NCBI GenBank assembly: GCA_963666735.1
Contig: OY762926.1
Span: forward strand, 1,120,001-1,184,000
From: Gemmatimonadota bacterium
GTDB taxonomy: Bacteria; Gemmatimonadota; Gemmatimonadetes; Palauibacterales; Palauibacteraceae
Length of the DNA: 64,000 nt
Direction: 5' to 3'
The translations under genes were made by a program, and so were the position numbers. A model generated the notes under the pieces. It searched no databases. It saw nothing but the letters and a program-made list of their open reading frames with translations, and was not told the origin of the DNA. Below, piece after piece: positions 18,149-28,345 of the stretch. Within the stretch, counting starts at the first letter, position 1. Each line of letters starts with the position of its first letter.

Positions 18149-21100
18149 CTACAGGGCCAGCACGATCCCCCGGGTCGGCTCTCCGCTGACCCGCTCGATG
18201 GCCTCAACGTAGCAGGCGACCTGCACCTCGTATTCGGGCCGATGCCCCGCGCGTCGGCGGTCCGTCTTGTAGTCGACGACCGTCCAGCGCGGGCCGGCGT
18301 CGGTGACCTCGCGGAAGGCAAGGTCCGCAACCCCTTCGACGATGGCCGCACCCCGCTCCCGATCCCGTTCCCCGTCCGGCGCCGCGGGGTCCGCGACGTG
18401 GAAGACCGGAACCTCGCGATGGACCGCGCCGGGCTCCGAAGCCAGGGCGGCCCGCGCCCGGCCGAGCACCTCGTGCTCCAGCGCGCGCGCCGCGAGAGCG
18501 GTCGCCGCGGTGATTTCGGTCTCGGGACTCCCCAGCGTCCGACCCAGCGTTCCGGCCAGTCGTTCGACCGCGCCGGAGTCGGCGTCGAGGGGGACCTCGG
18601 CGAGTATGCGGTGGACGAGATCGCCGAACCGCTCGCCGGCCGGGCGCCCCGCCCCTTCCGCCCCCTCGGCTTGCGGACGCGGCACGTCGATCCATGCGAC
18701 ACGCGTATCGGAGGAGGGCGCGTCGCCGGTCTCGGCAGCTTCGGCGGCGTGACGCGCGATCGCCCCGGCCGTTGTGACCGACATCGTCCGGCGTGCCCCG
18801 GTCTCCAGCCTCGCCGCGCGGGACGCCTGCCACTCCCGGTGCGCGCCGCGCCCCGCCTCGACATCCAGCGTGGGTTGTTCCTCTCTCTCGACCTCGAGCA
18901 ATCGGCGTTGGCGATGGCCCGCGCGCGGATCCACCTCGAGATCGAGCGCAGCCGGATCCCACCACACGATGTCCGTTCCCGCTTCAGCGGTATGCAGCCC
19001 CGGCGCAACGGAGTCGCGCGGCGCCGGGCGCTGACCGCCCTTCCCATCCGGCCGGTCGAGAACGGACTCGTCGCGGAAAGCCGGAACTCCCAGGCCCTCG
19101 GCCGAGGACGGCCCTCGGCGCGCACCGCGGGGCGGGTACACCGCCGGGTTCAGCGACTCGAGCCACCATTCGCCGTCTTCCCCGGGGAATCCCCCGCCGC
19201 CATCGCGACCGTCTCCGAGGGCCGGCACCACGAGCAGATCGCGCGCGCGGGTAGCGGCCACGTACGCGAGCCGGTCGGCCTCCGCCATCTCCCGGCGCCC
19301 CTCGATCTCCGCGTTGTCAAGGATGTCTCGAGGGGTGGCGCCGCAGAGGCGCTGGGCCCAGAGGCGCCGGGCGGCGTCCATGTGGCGCGACGGCGGCTCG
19401 TGCGCCGCGGGGCAGGTCATGTCCGCCAGGATGACGACCGGGAACTCGAGACCCTTGGCCTTGTGGACCGTCATCATCCTCACGCCTTCGGTCCCTTCCT
19501 CCACGATCGGCGCCTCCTCGGACTGCCCGCGTTCGGCTTCGTCCTCGAGGCGGTCGAGAAACGCCCGAAAGGAAGGGCTGCCCCGGCGCTCGAACGCGCG
19601 CGCCCGGTCGACGAGCCGGAGGACGTTGGCCAGCGCCTGCTCGCCCGTCGGCCAGATCGCGATGCCCGCGTGGGCGCGCGCCGCCGAGAGCAGGCGCCGG
19701 ACCGTCTCCGGAATCGGGCGCCGGTTCCGGTGCCGGTGGAGGTCTCCGAGGAGCCCGAGCACCGCCGCCACGTCCCGCAACTCGGGCTTCAGAGCCGTTC
19801 CGCCGCCGTTCGCGCCGTTTGGCCGGTTTCCGCCGTCCGGCTCCCACCCGGCGAGCGGATGCAGCGGACCCGCGTCGACGCCGAACTCGAACAGCGCGCG
19901 GTCGCCGAGCGAGAAGAGCGGACCTCGGAGGGCGGCATAGACCGCCAGCCGGTCGTCCGGCCACTCGATGGCCGTGAGCGCATTCCGGACGGCAAGCACC
20001 TCCTCGCGATCGTGGTACGAGCGGCCGCCGACGAGCACATGCGGAATGGCGCGGGCCTCGAGCGCACGCACATAGGGGCGCGTCACGTCCTCTCCCCACT
20101 TCTGAAAGCGGCGGAAGAGTAGGCAGATGTGGCGGGCCTGGACCGGGACCGGATCCTCGGGACGCTTCCGTTCCGTCACGACCCATCCCGACTCATCGAC
20201 CAGCCAGCGCACCATTTCGCCGACCGCGACGGGGAGAGATGCCTCGATCTCCACTCCCCGGACCTTCCCAAAGCGTCCGTACGGTTCGGGGACCGGCAGG
20301 GCGATGATGGCGGGTTGACTCTCCATGTCCGCGCGGAAGGGAGCGAGCGGCACATAGGCGGCCTGGCTGCCGTCCTCGCTGGCCTTCATGCGAGTCTCGA
20401 AGGCCCCGTTCACGGCGGCCTGCAGGCGGGGCTGCGACCGAAAGCTCGTGGAGAGATGCAGCACCCGGGCATCCACCCCCTCCAAGCGGCTCTTGGTCCG
20501 CTCGTACAGCGTCACGTCCGCCCGGCGAAAGCGGTAGATCGACTGCTTGGGATCGCCGACGGCGAAGAGCTTGCCGTTGGCGGGAACGATGCGTTCCGGC
20601 CGCGTCTCGTCCGGATCTTCGCCGCTCAGGAGGAGGAGGATCTCGACCTGCAGCGGATCCGTGTCCTGGAACTCGTCGACGAAGAACCGCGTGAAGCGAT
20701 TCCGGTAGTGCCTCCGGATCTCCGCATTGTCGCGGAGGAGATCCCGCGCCCGGATCAGGAGGTCCACGAAGTCGAGGCACCCGTCGCGCCGCTTGGCCCT
20801 CTCGTATCGTTCCGTCACGGGCCAGAGTTCGTCCCGGAGGTAGGCGGCCAGATCCGCATCGGCCGTCTGCAGGATATCCTCGACTTCCGCCCGCACCTCG
20901 TCGCGGCGCGCGACGACATCGGCCTTCGCGAGTCCGCCGCCGAAATCCCGCGAGCGGAAGCCGCGCCAGAACCAGCCGCGCCAGCGCGCGCGCACGAATG
21001 GCCGCAACCAGGCTTCCAGATAATCGTAGTCGCGTCCGCGCGTCTTCTCCCTCAGGTCGACTTCGCGCACGCCGCGTTCGATGTGGCGCAGGTTCTGCGT

Positions 21101-21793
21101 GAGAAAATCGTCGGGCCGCGAAGCCAACCGGGCGAAGGCCGCAAGTTCCCGCAGGAGGTCGAGAGCGCGGTCGAGCTCAGCCTCCCGGTCCCACTCCGGT
21201 CTGGACCACGGCGCGTCGAAATCGCGCTGATCCACGAGGCTGCCGGCCGCCGCCCGCAGCGCCGCGCGCGGACCGCCCGAATTCCGCGGATAGTGACGGC
21301 GCAAGGCCCTGCTCACGCCGGGGCCGGGGTTCTCCAGCGCGCCCTCGAACCAGCCCCCGAAGGCGCCATCGAGGAGACGCCCGGCTTCGTCGTCCGCGGC
21401 AACCCGGAACGCCGGGTCGACACCGGCCTCGATCGGCCGCTCGCGCAGCAGATCGGCGCAGAAGCCGTGGATCGTGCCGATGTGGGCGAGTTCCAGGTGG
21501 CCGAGCGCGCACGAGAGACGCTCGCGGGCCTCCCCGTCCTTCTCGCCGACCCGAGCCTCCTCGATCGCGGCCCGCAGCCGCAGCTTCATTTCGCCGGCCG
21601 CCTTCTCGGTGAACGTGACGGCGACGATGTCCTCCAGCGTTCCCAGGCCGTGGCTCAGCACCTCGACGATCCTGCCCGTGAGCGCCGTCGTCTTTCCCGT
21701 CCCCGCCGCCGCTTCGATGAAGAGCGTGTCATCGAGGTCGTTCCGGATCGCGTCGCGGGCGGCCTGGTCGGCGAGTCTGCCGGACCGGGTCAC
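18149..21793 (-). CDS. addA: AddA-type UvrD helicase-nuclease
   Basis: AAAGTGKT, TFTEKAA, DEFQDT, VGDPKQSIYRFR, MTVHKAKGLEF, YVAATRARD; C-terminal GVADL..VVDYKTD..Q..Y nuclease; GTG overlaps the addB stop. Confidence 0.9.
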   Translation of the reverse strand: MTRSGRLADQAARDAIRNDLDDTLFIEAAAGTGKTTALTGRIVEVLSHGLGTLEDIVAVTFTEKAAGEMKLRLRAAIEEARVGEKDGEARERLSCALGHLELAHIGTIHGFCADLLRERPIEAGVDPAFRVAADDEAGRLLDGAFGGWFEGALENPGPGVSRALRRHYPRNSGGPRAALRAAAGSLVDQRDFDAPWSRPEWDREAELDRALDLLRELAAFARLASRPDDFLTQNLRHIERGVREVDLREKTRGRDYDYLEAWLRPFVRARWRGWFWRGFRSRDFGGGLAKADVVARRDEVRAEVEDILQTADADLAAYLRDELWPVTERYERAKRRDGCLDFVDLLIRARDLLRDNAEIRRHYRNRFTRFFVDEFQDTDPLQVEILLLLSGEDPDETRPERIVPANGKLFAVGDPKQSIYRFRRADVTLYERTKSRLEGVDARVLHLSTSFRSQPRLQAAVNGAFETRMKASEDGSQAAYVPLAPFRADMESQPAIIALPVPEPYGRFGKVRGVEIEASLPVAVGEMVRWLVDESGWVVTERKRPEDPVPVQARHICLLFRRFQKWGEDVTRPYVRALEARAIPHVLVGGRSYHDREEVLAVRNALTAIEWPDDRLAVYAALRGPLFSLGDRALFEFGVDAGPLHPLAGWEPDGGNRPNGANGGGTALKPELRDVAAVLGLLGDLHRHRNRRPIPETVRRLLSAARAHAGIAIWPTGEQALANVLRLVDRARAFERRGSPSFRAFLDRLEDEAERGQSEEAPIVEEGTEGVRMMTVHKAKGLEFPVVILADMTCPAAHEPPSRHMDAARRLWAQRLCGATPRDILDNAEIEGRREMAEADRLAYVAATRARDLLVVPALGDGRDGGGGFPGEDGEWWLESLNPAVYPPRGARRGPSSAEGLGVPAFRDESVLDRPDGKGGQRPAPRDSVAPGLHTAEAGTDIVWWDPAALDLEVDPRAGHRQRRLLEVEREEQPTLDVEAGRGAHREWQASRAARLETGARRTMSVTTAGAIARHAAEAAETGDAPSSDTRVAWIDVPRPQAEGAEGAGRPAGERFGDLVHRILAEVPLDADSGAVERLAGTLGRTLGSPETEITAATALAARALEHEVLGRARAALASEPGAVHREVPVFHVADPAAPDGERDRERGAAIVEGVADLAFREVTDAGPRWTVVDYKTDRRRAGHRPEYEVQVACYVEAIERVSGEPTRGIVLAL

Positions 21794-24700
21794 GGGTACG
21801 CCCTCAGGCGCCGCAGATCGACCGGCGGGGGCTTCCGACGGGTGCGGAGTTCCTCGTCGGGCCCGCAGACCTGCCGGTAGTCGCACCAGCGGCAGGCGTG
21901 CTCCCGCGGAAGGGCCGGAAAACTCCCGGCCGAGAAGGCCCCGCTCACGATCTCGCTCAGGATCCCCGCCGCTTCGAGCGCCCTGGCGTCGAGCGGCACG
22001 ACATGGTCCCGGAATTCGCCGTCCGACGTGCAGTAGTAGAGCCGGCCCGATTCCACGCGCTGTTCCGGGAACAGCCTCTGGGCGGCGAGCGCGTAGAGGA
22101 CCGGCTGCAGGAGTTCGCCACCCTGGATCGTCGCCCCCGCCTTCGCCCGGTGCCGGCCGGTCTTGTGGTCCGTGACCCGCAGGACGCCGGCCGGCGTCCG
22201 TTCGATCAGGTCGATCGCGCCGCGGAGCTTCAGTCCGACTCCCAGCTCCACCGGCTCCGCCACGGAGTGCGCGTCGCGGTTGGGATCCCGGGGGAGCCCG
22301 AAGGAGAGCTCGAAGCGCCACGGCTCGAAGGGCGACCGGCTGTCGCTCTCGCGCCGCAGCCACTCCCGCAAGTCCTGCCGGATCGCTTCGATGCCGTCAT
22401 CCCAGACCCGGTCGATCGCCGGCACGAGACGGTCGCGGAAGTCGCCCGCCACCTTCTCGATCACCTCCTCGAGGACTTCGGATACCCGCGCGGCATTCTC
22501 CGGCCCCACCGGAAGGAGGGGCCGCTCCTTCGTGCTTTCGGCCTGGAGCCGGGTCAGGAGTTCAAACTGGACCTGGTGCACGAGCGAACCGCGCTGAAGC
22601 GGGTCGAGCGCCTCGATCCCGACCGGTTCCTCGCGCGGACGCAGGCCCTGAATCGCCTGGAGGTAGAAGCGGTACGGACACGCGGCGAAGTGCTGCAGCG
22701 CCGTAGCCGAGTACGGACGCGCGTCGGGCGACTGCTCCGCAAGCGCTTCCCGGGCACGCTCGGAGAGCTGAACGAGTCCGTCCGCCCACGTCCAGCGCGG
22801 CACCTCCCACCGGTAGGCGCGGAAGCGGAGGGCACGCGCGAGATGAGGGTTCGAGTGGAGGAGATGACCTGCGGCCTTCACGGCGCGTTCTCCGCGGCGG
22901 TCGTGCTTGTCGAGTTCGTCGAGCACCGCGAGGTCGTACTCGGCTTCGTCGATCGCCTGCGCGCGGGATTTCGGCGCCGGCCATCCGATCCGCGCATCGG
23001 AGACCTCCTCCGCCCGCTGTTCAAGTTCCTCGAAGCCGGGCAGCCGGCCCTCCGCGGCGCGAATCGCTTCGAGCGCGTAGAAGGAGGGGACCCGGGGCCG
23101 GGTCTTCAGGGCGTCGATGCGCGGGTAGGAGAGGACGATCTGCTTCCGCGCCGCCCCGACCGCGAGTCTGAAGGCGAGCCGCTCCCGCCGAACGCGGTCG
23201 GGGTTCGTCGCGAGACGGTCGGGAGCCAGCCGGTGGCGCATCTCGTCCAGCAGGATCGGGTCTTCCCCGATCTTCGGAGGAAACACGCGCTCGGCCATGC
23301 CGGGGACGAACACGACATCGAAGGCGAGCCCCCGGGCCGCCTCGATGGGCCCGATGAACACGCGGCCGTAGCGGTTCGCGGGCGGAGGCTCGGCGATCTC
23401 CAGGAGCCGGGGCGAAAGGACGCGCAGAACCTCGTCCAGCTTCACCGGACCCAGAGGCCCCATCGGCGCGAGGTCCGACAAGGCGGCGAGCACGCTGCCG
23501 GGCCGCCGAAGCGAGCGGGTGGCAAGGGGAGTCAGCGCGGCCAGCCAGCTCTCCCAACGAGCCTCCTCCGGAAGCTCCGACAACTCCGACAGCAGCGGCA
23601 GAGCATACTCCCGGAGAGAGGCGAGATCGGCGAGCGTCCCGTCGACCCACGCGAGGCGCGGGTTTTCGGCGTCCTCCGCCTCCAGCGCGGCGCGCTTGAA
23701 TGCGAGTTCCGCGGCATGACCATCGAGTCGCCGTCCCCAGCGCTCCAGACCGCCGACAACGGCCGCGTCGACGAGCAACCGCTCCCAGCGCCGCGGCACC
23801 CGCTCCGCGCCAGCCCCCGCGTCAGCCCCCGCGTCAGCCCCCGCGTCCGGCACCTCGCCGATGGAGACGTACTCCGAGAAGCGAAGCGCCGAGTAGTCCT
23901 CGATCCGGCAACGGAGAAGGGCCAGAAAGGCCCGGCCCGCCGGGTCGGGGCGCCGGAGGCCGCGCGCAAACCAGGGCCGGATTCCCGCGCGATTGAGCGC
24001 TTCCTCCAGGTATGGCCGATAATCTTCGGGCTGCCGGAGCAGGATCGCGCACCGATCGAATGGCGTTCCTGTTTCGGCAAGCGCGGCGAGCTTCCGGGCG
24101 ATCTCCACGGCTTCCCGGCCCTCGCCCGGAGCGGAGAATACGGTGACCGCATCGTCCGCCCCGGATTCGGGTGGGGCCGGACCGAAGAGGTGCGAGTGAA
24201 GGCGCCCGATCGCCCCAGTCACGCCCCCGCCGGTCGGCGGCGGATCGGATCGGCGCGCGCCCGCCTCTTCCAGCGCCCGCAGTGTGCGGTCATCGCCCTC
24301 GGGCACGGTCGCAAGCAGATCGGGGCCCCGCCCGATGAGCGCCGCGACGAGCCGCTCTTCCAGTTCCGTCCAGATCCGCGCGTCCAGAACCAGGAAGCCG
24401 TCGTCCACTCCCCGCCGCCGGGACTCCGGGTCGCGGAGCGCCGACAGCGCAGCCTTGAACACACCGGCCCGGTCGGCCAGCCCCGCCGTCCGCCATTCCG
24501 CCTCGACCGCTTCGGAAAAGGCGGCGAGGTCCGGGTCGACGGCGGCAATCTCCGGCAGCGCAACGCCCGCCATGCGGAGCGCGTCCACGGCTCGTCCCAT
24601 GGCGCGAACGAAGCCGGGCGTGTCCGACACCGCCGCCAGGCGCCCGAGTTTCCGCCGATCCAGCCCCACCAGCGCCCGCGCCACGATGGCGTCGCGAGCC

Positions 24701-24972
24701 ACGGCGTCTCCTATCGCCCTCCCATCGTCAGCGAGTCGCGAGAGCGCGAGCTCGCCGGCCAGGAGACGCAGCGTGGTGCGGCGCCAGCCCATCGCGGCCC
24801 CGGCCGTCCGGGCTCCGCGCAGGAGCAATTCGTGGGGCCCCGACAGCGTCTCGCCGATGACCGTCACGCCCGCCGCGGGCGGCTGCCCCTCGAGCCACTC
24901 GCGCGCGGCGGCGAAGCGCGCGTCGGCGGTGGGGGAGACGATGAAGCGGGCGGAGGGAGCGGGCATGGACAC
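21790..24972 (-). CDS. addB: AddB-type PD-(D/E)XK nuclease subunit with Fe-S cysteines
   Basis: Degenerate helicase N-terminus; SATALQ..CPYRFY; GAIDLIE..DHKTG..QPVLY; CRWCDYRQVC; directly upstream of addA. Confidence 0.87.
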   Translation of the reverse strand: MSMPAPSARFIVSPTADARFAAAREWLEGQPPAAGVTVIGETLSGPHELLLRGARTAGAAMGWRRTTLRLLAGELALSRLADDGRAIGDAVARDAIVARALVGLDRRKLGRLAAVSDTPGFVRAMGRAVDALRMAGVALPEIAAVDPDLAAFSEAVEAEWRTAGLADRAGVFKAALSALRDPESRRRGVDDGFLVLDARIWTELEERLVAALIGRGPDLLATVPEGDDRTLRALEEAGARRSDPPPTGGGVTGAIGRLHSHLFGPAPPESGADDAVTVFSAPGEGREAVEIARKLAALAETGTPFDRCAILLRQPEDYRPYLEEALNRAGIRPWFARGLRRPDPAGRAFLALLRCRIEDYSALRFSEYVSIGEVPDAGADAGADAGAGAERVPRRWERLLVDAAVVGGLERWGRRLDGHAAELAFKRAALEAEDAENPRLAWVDGTLADLASLREYALPLLSELSELPEEARWESWLAALTPLATRSLRRPGSVLAALSDLAPMGPLGPVKLDEVLRVLSPRLLEIAEPPPANRYGRVFIGPIEAARGLAFDVVFVPGMAERVFPPKIGEDPILLDEMRHRLAPDRLATNPDRVRRERLAFRLAVGAARKQIVLSYPRIDALKTRPRVPSFYALEAIRAAEGRLPGFEELEQRAEEVSDARIGWPAPKSRAQAIDEAEYDLAVLDELDKHDRRGERAVKAAGHLLHSNPHLARALRFRAYRWEVPRWTWADGLVQLSERAREALAEQSPDARPYSATALQHFAACPYRFYLQAIQGLRPREEPVGIEALDPLQRGSLVHQVQFELLTRLQAESTKERPLLPVGPENAARVSEVLEEVIEKVAGDFRDRLVPAIDRVWDDGIEAIRQDLREWLRRESDSRSPFEPWRFELSFGLPRDPNRDAHSVAEPVELGVGLKLRGAIDLIERTPAGVLRVTDHKTGRHRAKAGATIQGGELLQPVLYALAAQRLFPEQRVESGRLYYCTSDGEFRDHVVPLDARALEAAGILSEIVSGAFSAGSFPALPREHACRWCDYRQVCGPDEELRTRRKPPPVDLRRLRAYP
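23811..23846. repeat. 12-bp tandem repeat CAGCCCCCGCGT x3 within addB (DAGA repeats)
   Basis: Three exact in-frame copies. Confidence 0.9.
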
Positions 24973-25078
24973 AACCTATCGCCGCGGTCGCAACGCGCTA
25001 TCAACGCGACCGACCCAACGCCGCGTGAACCGTGTACCGGCTTGACGCCGACGAATGCCGTGGACGATCCTCAGGGCC

Positions 25079-26503
25079 ATGGCCGCCATCGACCGCCGCG
25101 ACTTCGTGCGGGGCGCCGCGCTGGCCGGCGCCGGGCTCACCCTCGGCTGCGGCGGAGACGCCCGGCGGGCGAAACGGGCGTCGGCGGCCGGCGACCCGCC
25201 CGGTCCGGCTCCCCCGCTGCTCATCGACCGGGCCAGCGTCTTCGACGCCCGGGCCGGCGCCATGCGCCCGAACACCAGCGTCCTCGTCCGGGCCGGCCGC
25301 ATCGAAGCCGTCGCTTCCGCCGCCGAGTTGAACGCCGATTCCGACGCCGCCGGCGGCGCCACGCGCATCGACGGGTCCAGCCTCTTCGTGCTTCCCGGGC
25401 TCATCGACGCGCACGTGCACGTCACCCACATCCTCTACCAGTCGCACATGACCGGCGACGAGGTCCTGCCCCACTACCTCGGACACGGGGTGACCTCGAT
25501 CCGGAGCACGGGAGACAACGTTCCGGCTCAGCGTCTCATCGAGCGCTACGCCGACGACCACCCGGAGATCGCGCCGAACGTCTTCCGCTGCAGCTTCCTC
25601 ATCGACGGCAACCCGCCCTGGCATCCCGACGTCGGCTGGTACCTGGCGAGTCCCGCCGATGTGGACCCCTTCGTGGCGGACATGGCGGCGTGGGGCGTGA
25701 AGACGCTCAAGATCTACGTCGGCACCGGACGCGAGGTCGGGCGCCGCGTGATCGAGGCCGGCCACGAGCACGGCCTCGTCGTGAGCGGACACCTCCTCGA
25801 CTATCACACGGCGGACGCCGTCCGCGACGGAATCGACTGCATCGAGCACATCTACACGGTGTCCAACTTCCTCCTCGACGACCCCGACGACCGCCATTCC
25901 ATCAACCTCGACTCCGATGAGGCGCGCCGGCTCGTCGACCTCATCGCCGAGCACGGCGCGCGCGTGGACCCGACGCTCATGGTCTTCTGGGGCACGCTCC
26001 TCTTCATGGACCTCCCCGAAGTGTACGGACACCCCGACCACGACCCCATGCCGGCCCGCCTCAAAGCGTTTTGGGACGAGGACCGGCAACGCCGAAGCCT
26101 CGACTGGGGCGCGGCGCCCGTTTCCGTGCGGGAGGGGACGTGGGAACAGTATCTGCGGCTGACCGGCATGCTCCACGACGCCGGCGTGCAGTTGCTCGTC
26201 GGGACCGACGCGCCGGAACCGCAAGTCGCGCCGGGGGCCTCCCTCCACCACGAGATGGAGTTCCTCGTCGAAGCCGGCATGCCCGCCGCGGAAGTTCTGT
26301 CGGCCGCAACGCTCGAGAACGCGCGGATTCTGAAGGAGGACGGGAACCGCGGCGCCGTCGAGGCGGGGCTGGAGGCCGACCTCGTGCTTCTGGACGCGGA
26401 TCCCCTCGAGAATATCCGCAACACGAGGCGCATCCGGACCGTCGTCCGCGCCGGACGCGCGCTCGATCCCACCACGATCCTGGCCGCGGCACCGACCGAG
26501 TAG
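25079..26503 (+). CDS. Tat-exported amidohydrolase family protein
   Basis: RRDFVRG Tat motif followed by TLGC; PGLIDAHVH, LKIY, SGH, IEH, GTD, ADLVLLDADP. Confidence 0.9.
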   Translation: MAAIDRRDFVRGAALAGAGLTLGCGGDARRAKRASAAGDPPGPAPPLLIDRASVFDARAGAMRPNTSVLVRAGRIEAVASAAELNADSDAAGGATRIDGSSLFVLPGLIDAHVHVTHILYQSHMTGDEVLPHYLGHGVTSIRSTGDNVPAQRLIERYADDHPEIAPNVFRCSFLIDGNPPWHPDVGWYLASPADVDPFVADMAAWGVKTLKIYVGTGREVGRRVIEAGHEHGLVVSGHLLDYHTADAVRDGIDCIEHIYTVSNFLLDDPDDRHSINLDSDEARRLVDLIAEHGARVDPTLMVFWGTLLFMDLPEVYGHPDHDPMPARLKAFWDEDRQRRSLDWGAAPVSVREGTWEQYLRLTGMLHDAGVQLLVGTDAPEPQVAPGASLHHEMEFLVEAGMPAAEVLSAATLENARILKEDGNRGAVEAGLEADLVLLDADPLENIRNTRRIRTVVRAGRALDPTTILAAAPTE

Positions 26504-26660
26504 TCCCCGCAACCGGCGGCTTTCGCCTCGGGCGCGGCCGCGGTTCGGCGCCGGATCTCGACGGGACGCGTGCGGGCACCGACATTGCACTTCCGGCTGC
26601 GCAGACGGCTTCGACCGGGGACGGGACCGGGGGGGCCGCCATTAAGTCAGGAGGAAGACG

Positions 26661-28331
26661 ATGAAGACACGACCCTGGACGCTCATCCTTCCCCTCGCCG
26701 CGGGACTCGCCTGCGCGGAAGCAGACCCGGGAGACTCTCCCGGTGGCGCGGTCGAACTCGCGGCGCTCGACGCGGTATTCGCGGACTACAGCGCTGCGGA
26801 CGGCCCCGGGTGCGCCTTCGCGGTCTCGCGGGACGGGCAGCAGGTCATGGCCCGCGCGTACGGCATGGCGAACCTTGAGTGGGATCTGCCGAACACGCCC
26901 GAGACCGTGTTCGAACCCGGATCCGTCTCGAAACAGTTCACCGCGGCCGCCACCATCCTGCTCGCCCTCGACGGACGCATCGGCCTCGACGACGACATCC
27001 GGGAGTACTTCCCCGAGATGCCCGACTACGGCGAGCCCATCACGGTGCGGATGCTCATCCATCATACGAGCGGACTGCGCGACTGGGGATCGGTCGCCGG
27101 CATCCACGGCTGGGCGCGGACGACCCGGATCCACACGCACAAGCACGCGCTCGACATCGCGAGCCGCCAGCGCGCCCTCAACTACGAGCCCGGCCGCTAC
27201 TATTCGTACACGAATACCGGATACAACCTCCAGGCGATGCTCGTGGAACGGGTGACCGGACAGACCCTCGACGAGTTCTCGCAGGAGCGGATCTTCGAGC
27301 CCCTCGGCATGACGAAGACGCAGTGGCGCGACGACTTCACCGAGATCGTGGAGGAGCGCTCCATCGGATACCGGCGCGGCGACGATGGCGAGTGGCACAT
27401 GCTGATGCCGTTCGAGAACGTGCACGGAAATGGCGGCCTGCTCACGACCGTCGGAGACCTTCTTCGGTTCACCCGCAATCTCGACACCGGCGAGGTCGGC
27501 GGGCCCGACTTCATCCGGCTCATGCATGAGCAGGGGATGCTCGATTCGGGACGGCGGATCAGCTACGCGGGCGGACTCTTCGTCGGCGAATACAAGGGCG
27601 TGCGCGAGGTCCAGCATTCCGGAGGAACCGCGGCGTACAGGGGCTTCCTCACCCGCTTTCCCGACCACGGGCTCGCGGTGTCGGTGATGTGCAACGTGGG
27701 CGAGGCCAACCCCGGCGGGCTCGCCCGCGCGGTGGCCGACCTCTACCTCGGCGACGCGCTCGTCGAGGAGTCGTCGGAGGATCCGGCGGGCGCGGACGTC
27801 GACCCGGCCCGCGTCGCCGCTTTCGCCGGCGGATACCGCGACACGCGAACGGGTCAGTTCATGGAGTTGACGGCGGATGGCGCCTCCCTCCGCGTGGGAG
27901 GGCCGGGCGGGATGTCCCTCGCGGCCATGAGCGAGACCGAGTTCGCCTCCCCGGCGGGCGTCTCCATCGCCTTCGATGGTCCGGCCGGCAGCGGCGCGAG
28001 GCCCGGGGCGACCATGGACACGCCGGTCGCCGACGACGTGAGGATAGAACCCGTGGACGGGTTCGAGCCCACCGCCGCGGACCTGGCCGCCTACGCGGGC
28101 GCCTACCACAGCGACGAGGCGGAAGTGACGTACTGGGTCGAGGTCGAGGACGGCGGCCTCGTATTGAAGGACCGGTACGGGGACGGCCGGTCGCTGGCGC
28201 CGGTTTATCGCGACGCGTTCAGGCAGGGAGGCAGCACGTTCATCTTCCGCAGGGACGATACGGGGCGAATCGCCGAGGCGAGCCTGAGCCAGGGACGCGT
28301 CTGGGATCTGCGTTTCGAACGGGTGCGGTAG
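26661..28331 (+). CDS. Serine hydrolase (beta-lactamase/D-aminopeptidase-like) lipoprotein
   Basis: AGGAGG RBS; lipobox GLAC; SVSK, HHTSGLRD, YTN, HSG. Confidence 0.9.
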   Translation: MKTRPWTLILPLAAGLACAEADPGDSPGGAVELAALDAVFADYSAADGPGCAFAVSRDGQQVMARAYGMANLEWDLPNTPETVFEPGSVSKQFTAAATILLALDGRIGLDDDIREYFPEMPDYGEPITVRMLIHHTSGLRDWGSVAGIHGWARTTRIHTHKHALDIASRQRALNYEPGRYYSYTNTGYNLQAMLVERVTGQTLDEFSQERIFEPLGMTKTQWRDDFTEIVEERSIGYRRGDDGEWHMLMPFENVHGNGGLLTTVGDLLRFTRNLDTGEVGGPDFIRLMHEQGMLDSGRRISYAGGLFVGEYKGVREVQHSGGTAAYRGFLTRFPDHGLAVSVMCNVGEANPGGLARAVADLYLGDALVEESSEDPAGADVDPARVAAFAGGYRDTRTGQFMELTADGASLRVGGPGGMSLAAMSETEFASPAGVSIAFDGPAGSGARPGATMDTPVADDVRIEPVDGFEPTAADLAAYAGAYHSDEAEVTYWVEVEDGGLVLKDRYGDGRSLAPVYRDAFRQGGSTFIFRRDDTGRIAEASLSQGRVWDLRFERVR

Positions 28332-28345
28332 CGCGCGGCCCCCCG

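Noticed and set aside
18149..24972. Helicase + nuclease pair as a novel defence system
   Set aside because: Motifs, Fe-S cysteines, gene order and host-like GC all match housekeeping AddAB.
21898..25920. 1340-aa plus-strand ORF and many other long overlapping ORFs (e.g. 20-1195, 11791-13884, 37555-39921)
   Set aside because: Antisense or frame shadows of well-supported genes; Arg/Pro/Gly-rich, motif-free and expected at this GC content.
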